From Mustelus asterias (taxonomy: Eukaryota): DNA of 64,000 nt. The notes under the pieces are model-generated. The model saw nothing but the letters and a program-made list of their open reading frames with translations, had not been told where the DNA came from and did not search any database. Within the stretch, counting starts at the first letter, position 1. Each line of letters begins with the position of its first letter. The stretch is taken from the NCBI RefSeq assembly GCF_964213995.1, contig NC_135811.1, positions 3,472,001 to 3,536,000 of the forward strand, given 5' to 3'. This document shows, piece by piece, positions 12,334 to 24,054 of this stretch. The position numbers and the translations under genes were made by a program.

Positions 12334-13215
12334 CACAGTTTAAGAACAAATGGACTCCCGTTCAAGAGGGAAATGAGGAGGAATCATTGGTCTTTGGAAT
12401 TCTCTCCCAGAGAGCACTGAAGGCCAGGTCATTGAATACATTCAAAGCTGAACAAGAATTTTTGAATTGACAATTGATTTAAGGGTTCTGGGGAATTGGC
12501 AGAAAGTGGAGCTAAAGCCACAATTAAATCAGCCATGATCTCAGTGAATGACAGGGTAACTCGGTGGATCAAATGGCCTCCTCCTGCTTCTATTTCTCAT
12601 GACCATACCTCGATCTATTATAATATTTAAAATTCTAAGAGGCTCCGATAAACACAAAGCATTTCTACTTGTGGCGATGAACAAAATTAGAAGTCATCAA
12701 TATAAGATAGCCACCAAGAAACCATCAAGAGAAATTTCTTTACTCAGAGCGGTGAAAATGTGGAACTCACTACCACAGGGAACATTTGAGACAAATAGTG
12801 CAGATGCATTTAAAGGCAAGCCACAAAAGCACATGAGAGAAGGGAATGAAGGGTTATTCTGATAGAATTCTATGAGGGAGAATGGGAAGAGGCTTGAGTG
12901 GAACAAAAACATCATCAAGTACTGATTAGGCCAAATTGCCAGTTTGTGTGTCGTATATTCTAAATAATTCTATGACTGGGCTATTGGATGAGCTACTGGA
13001 AAGCAGTCTGTGGCCGTGGAACCCATATCCCAACAGGATTAGCACCGTCCAAAAAGAGGGATAGGAACTGGTGAATGGAATCTCTCAACTGGAAACAGTA
13101 AAAACCAAAATGTTGGGAAATTAAAAGCAAAAAGAGAAAGTGGGGAAAACATAGCTGGTCCACATAGAGGACAGAGCCCCAGCACAGAATTTTCACTAGA
13201 ACAAAAAACAAATTA

Positions 13216-13416
<201 letters not shown>

Positions 13417-13573
13417 TCAAATTGAGTGTAAACCAACCAAACTCAGTCACATAAGTAATCAAGCTAAACCCAAGAAGAAATGTGCACCTGTCCACCAAGG
13501 AGATACACTCACCTAGTTAAATACATAGAATTTAAACACACATCATTTAGGTTTCTTGTTTAGAGCCACTTAC

Positions 13574-13698
13574 ATTGCTGCTACTTTCCTGTATCAGCTG
13601 CTGCTCCAGGTTCCCAACCGCTCCAGAAAATGTTTCACCCATTTCAATCTGCCACTGTCCCTGGGATCCCAGTTGACTTTTCTGCCTCCATTTCCTGA
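13574..13698 (-). CDS. DPCD: DPCD coding exon 3
   Basis: tag|TC, (V)RKWRQKSQLGSQGQWQIEMGETFSGAVGNLEQQLIQESSSN, |gtaagt; 125 nt. Confidence 0.95.
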
Positions 13699-14107
13699 CT
13701 ACAAGCATAAAGAGACTTAATGTAATCAATATATATACCAACCAATACAATACCTTACGTGCAACATTCTACAGAGACCTGCATTGTTAAAATCAGGCCT
13801 TTGTATTTATGGGCAACATTTGCACAAAAGACACAGAGTGCTTCATTACTGATAGATTTCCACCATCCACACACTAAGGTAACTATTGAGAGAAGTTGAA
13901 TCTGTCGTCCTAAATTGACCGGAATTGAATTTGAGCAAAACGGAAGGCTCTGACCCAAAGCAGCCAGCGAATGGCAGTAGTAAATACCAGTCCAGTAACA
14001 AAGACACTGTAATGAACATTGCAATTACTTTACTGATCATTGAGCCACATAGACAATAGTAATTCTTGACTCTTTCTTGAATTTAAATTGACTGTTGTAT
14101 ATCTGAC

Positions 14108-15592
14108 TTGGGGTAGTACCGGCTGACTGGAAAACAGCTACTGTTACGCCACTGTTTAAAAAAGGAAGTAGACAAAAGGCGGGTAACTACAGGCCGGTTA
14201 GCTTAACGTCCGTAGTTGGGAAGATGCTAGAGTCCATTATTAAAGAGGAAATAACAGAGCACCTGAATAAGAATGGTTCGATCAAGCAGACGCAGCATGG
14301 ATTCATGAAGGGAAAGTCGTGTTTGACGAATCTACTGGACTTTTATGAAGATGTCACTAGTACGGTTGACAGAGGGGAACCGGTGGATGTGGTGTTTTTA
14401 GATTTCCAGAAGGCGTTCGATAAGGTGCCTCACAAAAGGTTGCTGCAGAAGATTGGGGTACACGGAGTTAGGGGTAAGGTGTTGGCGTGGATTGGGGATT
14501 GGCTATCTAACAGGAAGCAGAGAGTTGGGATAAATGGGTGCTTTTCTGGTTGGCAGTTGGTGACCAGTGGCGTGCCGCAGGGATCGGTGCTGGGGCCTCA
14601 ATTGTTTACCATTTACATAGATGATCTGGAGGAGGGGACTGAATCTAGGGTATTCAAGTTTGCTGATGACACGAAGGTGAGTGGGAAAGCGAATTGCGTG
14701 GAGGACGCGGAAAGTCTGCAGAGAGATTTGGATAGGCTGAGCGAGTGGGCGAGGATCTGGCAGATGGAATATAACGTTAGCAAATGTGAGGTTATCCACT
14801 TTGGAAGAAATAATAGTAAATTGGAATATTATTTAAATGGAGAAAAATTACATCGTGCGACTGTGCAGAGGGACCTGGGGGTCCTTGTGCACGAATCGCA
14901 AAAACTCAGTCTGCAGGTGCAGCAGGTGATCAAGAAGGCGAATGGAATGTTGGCCTTTATCGCGAAGGGGATAGAATATAAAAGCAGGGAGGTCTTGCTG
15001 CAACTGTACAAGGCACTGGTGAGGCCGCAACTGGAGTACTGTGTGCAGTTTTGGTCCCCTTATTTGCGAAAGGATATATTGGCCTTGGAGGGAGTGCAGA
15101 GAAGGTTCACCAGGTTGATACCGGAGATGAGGGGTGTAGCTTATGAGGAGAGATTAAACAGATTGGGTCTGTACTCGTTGGAGTTTAGAAGGATGAGGGG
15201 TGATCTTATAGAGACATATAAGATAATGAAGGGGCTGGATAGGGTAGAGGTGGAGAGATTCTTTCCACTTAGAAGGGAAACCAGAACTAGAGGGCACAGC
15301 CTCAAAATAAGGGGGGGCCGGTTCAGAACAGAGTTGAGGGGGAACTTCTTCTCTCAGAGGGTAGTGAATCTCTGGAATTCTCTGCCCATTGAAGTGGTGG
15401 AGGCTTCCTCGTTGAATATGTTTAAATCACGGGTAGATAGTTTTCTGATTGATAAGGGAATTAGGGATTATGGGGAGCAGGCGGGTAAGTGGAACTGATT
15501 CACTTCAGATCAGCCATGATCTTGTTGAATGGCGGGGCAGCCTCGAAGGGCCAGATGGCCTACTCCTGCTCCTATTTCTTATGTTCTTATGT
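14108..15592 (+). mobile_element. Young 5'-truncated CR1 LINE with an open RT frame
   Basis: 424-aa ORF 14224-15498 with all RT motifs and the C-terminus; tail TTCTTATGTTCTTATGTT. Confidence 0.95.
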
Positions 15593-16392
15593 TGGCAGTG
15601 TTTAATAGGACAGAGCGGAGGGAGCTTTACTCTGTGCTGTATCTGTCCTGGGAGTGTTTGATCGGGACAGTGTAGAGACAGCTTTACTGTGTACCTAACC
15701 CCATGCTGTACTATCCTGGGAGTGTTTGATGGGGACAGCATTGAGGTAGCTTTATTCTTTACCTATCCCTAATGCCAGAGAGGAGAGGCTAGCTTCCCTC
15801 AATTTGAAGGCAGCATTTTACAAAAGGAGCTGTCACAAAACCCCAATAACGTTGGAGTAATATTTGATTTAAACAAAGCTGGTCATAGTCGTCAGAGACC
15901 AGTCAGGACACAGAGCTGCTTACTAAAGAATTAATTGTTCAGCTGCATTCACAACTTTTGTGATAATGGAGAAAGTGAAGTAGTCCATGCTGGCCTACAG
16001 CAGAACCGAATAACATTCAGGCATGGGCAGAAAAGTGGCAGATAACATTTGTACCACAACTGTGTCACGGAATTATCACCTCCAACAGGTAAAAACTTAG
16101 CAATTACCCTTTGACTTCTAACAGCCCCATCAGTAATAGGGAGCCATCCCACTGACCAGGAACTGAACAGGACTAGCTATACTAACATGGGATACTTTGA
16201 CATACAACTCACCTCTGACCCTCTCAAGGCTGTTCCACCATCTACAAAGCTCAAATCAGGAGTGTGGTGGAATTCTGAATTTTGACAAGTTACTTCAACA
16301 TCACTCCATTCCATGTGACCTCTCCCACCAAGAGCAGTAATATTGTGGAAGCAGCTTCACCCAAATTCCTCTCCATCCTGACCTGGACATTT

Positions 16393-16563
16393 GTTACTGG
16401 ATAAAAGCAAATTACTGTAGATGCTGGAATCTGAAACCAAAAGAGAAAATGCTGGGAAATCTCAGCTGTCTGGCAGCATCTGTTAGGAGAGAAAAGAGCT
16501 GACATTTTGAGTCCAGATGATCCTTAAAAGGGACCTGATGAGATTTTCCAGCATTTTCTCTTT
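16393..16563 (-). mobile_element. Partly inverted copy of the 27883-28035 family
   Basis: Reverse-complement match to 27915-28040; about 35-bp inverted arms (16437-16470 and 16532-16566); TSD TGGACATTT (16384-16392, 16564-16572). Confidence 0.7.
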
Positions 16564-16851
16564 TGGACATTTAGTACCATTTCTTTGTACCTGGACTAGA
16601 ATCCTGGAATTTCCCACCCAACAATATTGTGGATACGCCATCACAAGTTACTGCAGTGGTTCAAAAAGAAAATCCATCAACTTTCAGCAGTTAGGGATGG
16701 CCAAAAAATTGCAGCAAGTTCATACAAAATTTTATTCTGTTTGGTGTTTTCTTATTTCTAATGGCCAAGCATAATTTACCGAAAACCCCCCAACATAACC
16801 AGTACACTGTTATAGGAAATTAAAGTCTGCAGTGAGTAATCTGGTCCTTAC

Positions 16852-16932
16852 CTATGAGTTGGTCATTGGAGACTTCATATTCTTCTACCATTTCACTGCC
16901 ATCTAGAAATAAATAATGTACTTTCCTCTTAC
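16852..16932 (-). CDS. DPCD: DPCD coding exon 2
   Basis: aag|GT..., KRKVHYLFLDGSEMVEEYEVSNDQLI, G|gtaagg; 81 nt, phase 1-1. Confidence 0.95.
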
Positions 16933-17460
16933 CTTGTTGGGGGAAGAAGAGAGATACAGTCAGAGCCATGTTAGGAGTTAGAATTACCACCAACAGGCCA
17001 CACACTGCAAAATTACACAGGTTTTGTAAATCAGTATTACAGAATATAAACATTGAACCTTACTGAGTGCCTGCCAACTCCAACCTTGGCACTAACAATC
17101 TCCCACCACATAAGAACATAAACAATGGGAGCAGGTGGAGGCTATTCGGCCCTTTGAGCCCATTTTGTCAGTCAGAGACCCTGGCTAATCCCCCACTTCA
17201 TTTTCCTGCACTATCCTCATCAGCCCTAGTGTTTCTAGATGTAGAAATCTCAGCTTTGAACATATTCAACACCCAAGGCCTCACAGCCAGTCCGTCCCGC
17301 ACCTGTAACAAGATAAGAAATGGTTGGTTTCCAGCCGAGAACCTGTATCCACTCTCTCTCTATTACACTCACATTACCCCCACCCCGTCCCTGTTTAAAC
17401 ACTCCGCGTCTCTCAGCCCCAAACCCGGCTGGAAGCTCTCCTTCAGCCCCAGCCCCAGCC

Positions 17461-17660
17461 CCCCGGGGCCTCGGCCTCACCCTCCTGCCCCGGGGCCCCG
17501 GCCTCACCCTCTTGCCCCGGCCTCACCCTCCTGCCCCGGGGCCCCGGCCTCACCCTCCTGCCCCGGCCTCACCCTCCTGCCCCGGGGCCCCGGCCTCACC
17601 CTCCTGCCCCGGGGCCCCGGCCTCACCCTCCTGCCCCGGGGCCCCGGCCTCACCCTCCTG
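17461..17660 (-). repeat. 27/19-bp GC-rich tandem repeat (8 units) spanning the DPCD exon 1 donor
   Basis: Unit CCCCGGGGCCCCGGCCTCACCCTCCTG; six 27-bp and two 19-bp units. Confidence 0.95.
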
Positions 17661-17717
17661 CAGCACCGCTGTTTTCTTCGCCCCCCGCAGACTCTCCAGC
17701 CAACTCTGCGCCGCCAT
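17654..17717 (-). CDS. DPCD: DPCD coding exon 1
   Basis: ATG at 17717; MAAQSWLESLRGAKKTAVLQE(G) resembles human [22 protein letters not shown]; donor G|gtgagg. The six exons sum to 612 nt = 203 aa + stop. Confidence 0.95.
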
Positions 17718-17990
17718 CTTGCGGTACCTGCCCGGTCTCCATGGCAACCGCGGCTCCGCCCATCGACCCTGTGACCCACGCGGCCTCAGTCACGTGGCTG
17801 CACTGATTTAGTCAAAGTTTTAACGGAAACCGAATTCCTGCCTTTGTGCCGATAATTATAAACATCACAAACATTATAAACATAGTAAACATTATAAACA
17901 TTATAATAAAATTATCATTGATTTTGTTCACCGATTGTCCGAGGAAACCGGAAGTGCTGTGTGTGTTTCCGGTGCGGTGGGTAAGTGGTC
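17700..17990. promoter_or_regulatory. DPCD/POLL bidirectional promoter in a CpG-rich island
   Basis: Head-to-head genes. Motifs: YY1-like CCGCCATCTT 17711-17720; RFX X-box GTCTCCATGGCAAC 17735-17748; E-box GTCACGTGG 17789-17797; five forkhead-type RYAAACA 17858-17900; ETS CCGGAAGTG 17948-17956 and TTCCGG 17967-17972. Confidence 0.8.
17945..17980 (+). other. POLL: Probable POLL non-coding exon 1 (5' start uncertain)
   Basis: Consensus donor TGG|gtaagt at 17980/17981 just downstream of the ETS sites. The first coding exon has its own acceptor (cag|21021) upstream of the ATG. Confidence 0.6.
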
Positions 17991-19433
17991 AGATATTTAC
18001 CCCCAGCGGGAGGCCATTCAGCCCGTCCCTCCTGTGAGGGGCAAGGCCGCAGTGCCCGGGGACCGCAGGCTGCTTTCCCCGCCGAGGGTCCTCACCCCTC
18101 AGGCCAGGGGCGAGGTGGAGGAATCGCGGGGCCTTCATGATTAACCCCAGCCGGGGACGGGAATCGAAGCTGGAGTCGCTCCGCATCACTGACCAGCCGG
18201 CCGAGCTAAACTGACAGCAGTCCTCGGTGCCGGCTGTCCCAATGAGCCCTCACCGCCACTAAAACTTTTTAATATTTATTTATTAGTGTCACAAGTACAT
18301 TAACACTGCAATGAAGTTGCTGTGAAAATCCCATTAGCGCTCTGTCAGGCAGCCAATTCCCAGCCCCACTCCCTGGGAAAGATTTTCCTCATGCCACTTT
18401 TACCAGTTATTTTTAAACCTCTGTCCACTCGCTCTCCATCCTTTCGCAGGACCTCCCCTCTCTGGCTGGACCCCTCCTGGTTTTTGAACACTTTTTGATC
18501 AGATCTCCTCTCAGCCTTGTATTTTTTTCTGAGGAAAACATTCCTAATTTCTGTCAGTTATCTCAGTAACTAAAGTTCCTCATTCCTTGAACAATTTTCA
18601 TGAATCTTTCCTCCTTTTATAGATTAATTAGAGGATTCTCTTCAATAGGATTTGAGTGGGATGTGGGGTCCTGATTGGCTACTTCTCAATGGGGTTTGAC
18701 CTGTTAATAGAAGATCATTTGTGTGTGTAAAAGTGTTTTTTCACATTAAGCACAATTTAATTGTGTTTGTTCCTAGCACCTAACAATAGGAATAAATACC
18801 CTCCAGGGCAGAAAGATTAGAAATGCTTACATAAAGCTCACTGGTCAGTATCTTGCGGATGTGTTTATGAATTTTAACCAATGCATCCTCCCCATTATTT
18901 CCCCAGTGGAAATCAAGGTATTTGCTTTTTCCACCCCCTAGCTCTACATAGAAGTTCATTAACAGTTGGATGAAAATCAGATAACTACGTACAAGAGTGA
19001 TTAAAACTTTGTTTATAAATTCTCAAATAAAAATAAAGTGTGGGAAATACCCACTGACTCACAGTTGACACCTAAAGTGGATAAATATATGAAAATGTTT
19101 CAGCAAAGTTAATTCCAATTGCTGATGAGCCTGAAGCCACAACCCAAAGTGGGTCAGCTTTGACAAAGGGATGTCTGGACTCTCAACATCAGCTCTTTTC
19201 TCTGCTTTTTGGTTTCAGATTCCAGCATCCACAGTAATTTGCTTTTATCCAGGGTACTAATACTTCCAGTCTTATTCAGGAAGCTATGGGAGACGGATGT
19301 TATGGGAAGTGACAAAGATATACTGGTGTATTAGATTTTTTTTAGATTGGGGCTGAGTAGAGTTAGTTTTATTCTGTATCGAATCGTACTGTAGATCATC
19401 TGAGTGTGTTTGATGCTGACACTGGGCCTCACA

Positions 19434-19845
19434 CGGAGGTTGAGGGGAGACATGATAGAGGTCTACAAAATTATGAGAGACATAGGGTGGATAGTCAGAG
19501 GCTTTTTCCCAGGTTGGAAGTGTCAATTACAAGAGTGGAAGTGTCAATTACAAAGGGGGCACAGGTTCAAGGTGAGAGGGGGAAAGTTTAAGGGAGATTT
19601 GCGGGGGAAGTTTTTCACACAGAATGGTGGGTGTCTGGAACGCGCTGCCAGAGGAGGTGGTGGAAGCAGGCACATTAGCAACATTTAAGAGGCATCTGGA
19701 TCGGTACATGAATAGGGAGGGAATAGAGGGATATGGACCGAGTAAGGGCAGAAGATTTTTTTTTTAGTTTAGTTAGGGCATCATGATCGGCACAGGCTTG
19801 GAGGGCTGAAGGGCCTGTTCCTGTGCTGTACTTTTCTTTGTTCTT
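19434..19845 (+). mobile_element. CR1 3' fragment
   Basis: RRLRGDMIEVYKIM...RGHRFKVRG; tail CCTGTGCTGTACTTTTCTTTGTTCT. Confidence 0.85.
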
Positions 19846-20174
19846 AAGGGAAGTATTCTGTAGCCCAATATTAACATAATTCATAATGAACACCAAAACC
19901 ACACACAAAAGATTAACAGTCACTGCTCCCAGTAACCTGGTGAATGAATCAGTCCAGGAGAAAGGGGGAAGACATCCATGAATTTTGACTCCTGTTTTTG
20001 TGATTCCTGCTGAAAAGTGCATGTGTGTACTCATCTACAATCATCAGATTAAAACACTCTAGCAATCCAGATTGTTTTAAAAAGCTGGCTCTGTATGCTT
20101 TTGAGAAATGTAGACATAAGGGAGGCCTGACGATGGTCTATAAAATAATAATAGGTTCCATGTTATTTCAGTTA

Positions 20175-20485
20175 ATAGAATCCCCACAGTGCAGAAGAAG
20201 GCCCTCCGGCTCATCGAGTCTGCACCAACAATAATACCCACCCCAGGCCCTATCTCCACAACCCCACACATTTACCCTGCTAACCTCCACATCACAGGAC
20301 ACTATGGGTAATTTAGCATGGCCAATCAATCTAACCCGCACATCTTTGGACTGTGGGAGGAAACCCACGCAGACGCGGGGAGAAAGTGCAAACTCCGCAC
20401 AGACAGTGACCCAAGGCGAGAATCGAACCCAGGTGCCTGGAGCTGTGAGGCAGTAGTGCTAACCACTGTGCCACCGTGCCACCCC
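20175..20485 (-). mobile_element. HE1-like V-SINE
   Basis: Reverse-complement copy with an internal deletion. Confidence 0.85.
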
Positions 20486-21064
20486 AGTTAGTTAGGTTGC
20501 AGAGGGCCAAAGGTCAATCTTGTAAGTTACCCGCAAGTAGAATGTTGTAACATGTTAAATGGTTCATTTCTCAGAGAATAATGAGACCAATGGAAGAGGT
20601 TGCTGGCTCATGTGGTGAATTCTGATTCGCTCAGTACAATCAAATGTGATCCAGAGATCAAGTCATACAACAGGTGGATACCAACTAAAATAATCCTGGC
20701 CAGTGTGGTCTCCTGCTCTAGTTTTGATTGCCTTAGGAAATTGAGAAAGGAATTTTCCAGATTTCCTTTTACTGGAATTCATCTTACATTTTAATACTGT
20801 TTTAAACCGCCCCTGGTAGGTTGCATTATTCTGGCGAGTAGGAATAGTCTTAGTCATGAAGCATTATGAAGTTATACTAAACCAATAATCATGGATTAGG
20901 TCTCAGTCTGATTCTGGAGACCACATTTTAGAATGGATGCAAAAAGATGAGAAAATGGAGGTGATCATGGAGCATTTGAGTATTTGTACAGTGATCTTAA
21001 AATCTCAATTGTTGGAACAGGTCGATTCCCAGTTTAGCCAGACTCTGAGTCAGTCGTGCAATGT

Positions 21065-21179
21065 ATGGAGCCTCGGGGGATTGTAAAGGCATTTCGGAAG
21101 GTGAAACGAGTGCAGGATGTCCCACCAGCAACCGCCGGAGTGACTGTGAAGAAAGCAAAGCCGAATGAAGTCAGTAAAG
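21065..21179 (+). CDS. POLL: DNA polymerase lambda coding exon 1
   Basis: MEPRGIVKAFRKVKR resembles human MDPRGILKAFPKRQK; phase-1 donor G|gtagaa fits the next exon. An alternative phase-1 donor at 21173 cannot be excluded. Confidence 0.88.
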
Positions 21180-21597
21180 GTAGAAAACGTTGTGACATTA
21201 ACCCTTGTAGTGCGGATGTTGGAACAGACAGAAACTAAACAGAATCAAGAAGTGAATAATGAAAGAAGGATGTGTATTTAGACTATCTGGTCATTATTGC
21301 ATTGCTATTGGAGGTTGCTATGCATAATTGGCTGCTGTGTTTCCTACATAAGAATGTCATTACACTTCAAAAGCAATACAATCTGTAAGACATGTTGATG
21401 CTTCCCGAGACCAGGAAAGGCACTATCCGAATCCAAGTCTTTATTTATTTACCATCTTAATATTTCTTTTGGAAATGTGTCAAGGCTCAATGTAAACCAA
21501 GTTGGCAAACACAGCAGCAATTTTCAGCAAAGAAAGATCCATCTAGAAGGACAAGGGCAGCAGGCGCAGGTGAACACCACCACCTACACGTTTGTAG

Positions 21598-21970
21598 CTG
21601 CCCCCCCCCCCCAACCCCACCTCCATGCCCCCCCAGCTCCAAACCCTCCCACTCCCTGCTCCCCACCCCCAGCTCTGAACACCCCCAACCCCAGCTCCCA
21701 GCCCCCCCAACCCCAGCTACATCCCTGCCCAACCCCAGCTCCCTGCCCCCCAACCCCAGCTCTCTGCCCCCCCAACCCCAGCTACATCCCTGCCCAACCC
21801 TAGCTCCCTGCCCCCCAACCCCAGCTACATCCCTGCCCAACCCCAGCTCCCTGCCCCCCAACCCCAGTTCCCTGCCCACCCAACCCCAGCTCCCTGCCCC
21901 CCAACCCAAGTTCCCTGCCCCCCCCAACATCCTGATTCATAGATCAGCGCCCCCTCCCCCAAACCCAGCT
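21598..21970 (+). repeat. C-rich approx. 21-bp imperfect minisatellite
   Basis: (CCCCCCAACCCCAGCTCCCTG)n with variants. Confidence 0.9.
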
Positions 21971-22044
21971 CTGTGCCTCCTGCCATCCTCAGTTTTATCT
22001 CCTCATACAAAACAACATCAAGAACGAATGGTTGCAGCTCCTGT

Positions 22045-22824
22045 CAATGATCAGAACACACTCCACCACACGGCAATGATCGGGACACACTCCACCACAC
22101 GGCAATGATCCGGACACACTCCACCACACAGCAATGATCCGGACACACTCCACCACACGGCAATGATCGGGACACACTCCACCACACGGCAATGATCGGG
22201 ACACACTCCACCACACGGCAATGATCAGAACACACTCCACCACACGGCAATGATCGGGACACACTCCACCACACGGCAATGATCAGAACACACTCCACCA
22301 CACGGCAATGATCGGGACACACTCCACCACACGGCAATGATCGGGACACACTCCACCACACAGCAATGATCGGGACACACTCCACCACACGGCAATGATC
22401 AGAACACACTCCACCACACGGCAATGATCAGAACACACTCCACCACACGGTAATGATCGGGACACACTCCACCACACGGCAATGATCGGGACACACTCCA
22501 CCACACGGCAATGATCGGGACACACTCCACCACACGGCAATGATCGGGACACACTCCACCACACGGCAATGATCGGGACACACTCCACCACACGGCAATG
22601 ATCGGGACACACTCCACCACACGGCAATGATCGGGACACACTCCACCACACGGCAATGATCGGGACACACTCCACCACACGGCAATGATCGGGACACACT
22701 CCACCACACGGCAATGATCGGGACACACTCCACCACACAGCAATGATCGGGACACACTCCACCACACGGCAATGATCGGGACACACTCCACCACACGGCA
22801 ATGATCAGAACACACTCCACCACA
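22045..22824 (+). repeat. 29-bp minisatellite, about 27 copies
   Basis: (CAATGATCGGGACACACTCCACCACACGG)n with TCAGA/TCCGG variants. Confidence 0.97.
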
Positions 22825-22897
22825 TGTCAATGGTCCGGTCATGTTCCGCCATATGGCAGTTGACGTTAGCTGATCTTTCTTTATCTCATTTTGACAG

Positions 22898-23397
22898 AAG
22901 CCTGGCTGAGTGGATTGACAGTGTACATTGTCCAAGCAGGGATTGGTAAGGCTCGGACAGAAATCTTTCAGGAGCAGGTCGTACAGAATGGTGGGGAGGT
23001 CAGCCTTGCTTTCTCCCCTGCCGTTACCCACGTGATCATCGATGATGGGATGGATTGTGAGCGTGCCTTTCGCCTCCTGAAGCTGGAGGTGCTGCCCCCC
23101 AGTGTCCAGCTGGTGCGATCGACGTGGCTCAGTTTGTGCATCACAGAGAGGAGAATTCTGAGCACTGCGGGTTACAGCGTCTTCATCCCAGACAGATACC
23201 TGCCGCCTGAACAGTGCGCCAAGATTCAAGTATCAGCTGGTGAGGGTCAGCAAGGGAACACAGAGATCAGCTGTCAATCGGGGACACATACAAAGGCCCC
23301 GTTGAACTGTACAGAGGCAATAAAAACGATTACTGAGCTGCCAAAAGAGACCACACCGGAGGAAAAGAGTGAAACAGTACAAGCCACGACAGCACAG
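22898..23397 (+). CDS. POLL: DNA polymerase lambda coding exon 2 (BRCT domain and linker)
   Basis: cag|AA; WLSGLTVYIVQAGIGKARTEIFQEQVVQNGG...VTHVIIDDGMD...WLSLCITERR; CAG|gtacag. Confidence 0.95.
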
Positions 23398-24054
23398 GTA
23401 CAGTAACGCTCACTTGTCCCACCCTCTTCTCGAACCCCTTTGGCTCTTCAATTCTCCTCGATCTCTGCAACCCTTCAATTCTGCTCTCTTATCCAGCCCC
23501 AATTTTAATCTTCACACCATTGGCAGACATGCCTTCAGCTGCCTGGGTGCCAAGATCCGGAATTTCCTCCCAAAATCTCTCCACCTCTCCATCTCTTTCC
23601 TTTCCTTTAAGATGCTCCTTAAACCTCTCTCTTTGACCAAGCTTTTGGCCTCCTCCTGTTTAGACAGTGCCTCCTCTTGCCCCGCTGTGGCCAGTTATTG
23701 GAGCACAGTTACTGCTCTGCAGTGATCATTTATTTCACCCACTGTCATCGGGAGGTGGGGATCAGGTCGGGTTGCGTTGGATCAGGGTCACCCTGGAGAA
23801 GCAGAGATATGGGGAGCCACTGTCTGCAGTCTCTCTGATCTTTAGAAGAGGCTAAAAGTGTGCCCAGTGGCACTCAAGCATTGCATTGATCCGATGCTCT
23901 TGATAAGATTCTACATGAAGTCCTGATAATGACCTGTCTTGGGTGGGAATGCAGGTTGCCCATTCTAAGCCGCTTTTAAACAAAACACCTGCCTACTGTC
24001 CCCTTTGTCTACGTCAGTGAGGCATAAGGGGGTGAAAATGTCCCTCGTGTGGTA

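Larger units (their letters stand above)
9622..12600 (+). mobile_element. Decayed CR1 hosting Rex1/Babar, Penelope and SINE insertions
   Basis: CR1-like pieces at about 9622-10276, 11773-12035 and 12335-12600, in colinear order. Confidence 0.75.

Noticed and set aside
14224-15498. 424-aa ORF as a host gene
   Set aside because: 5'-truncated CR1 RT with a normal LINE tail; no sign of domestication.
19156-19252. Third functional hammerhead
   Set aside because: Family member, but GAAA is mutated (TCAA) and stem II is disrupted; the 16393 copy likewise lacks the core.
22045-22824. CRISPR-like 29-bp repeats (also the 32- and 33-bp arrays)
   Set aside because: Units are contiguous with no unique spacers, there are no cas genes, and the context is a vertebrate intron.
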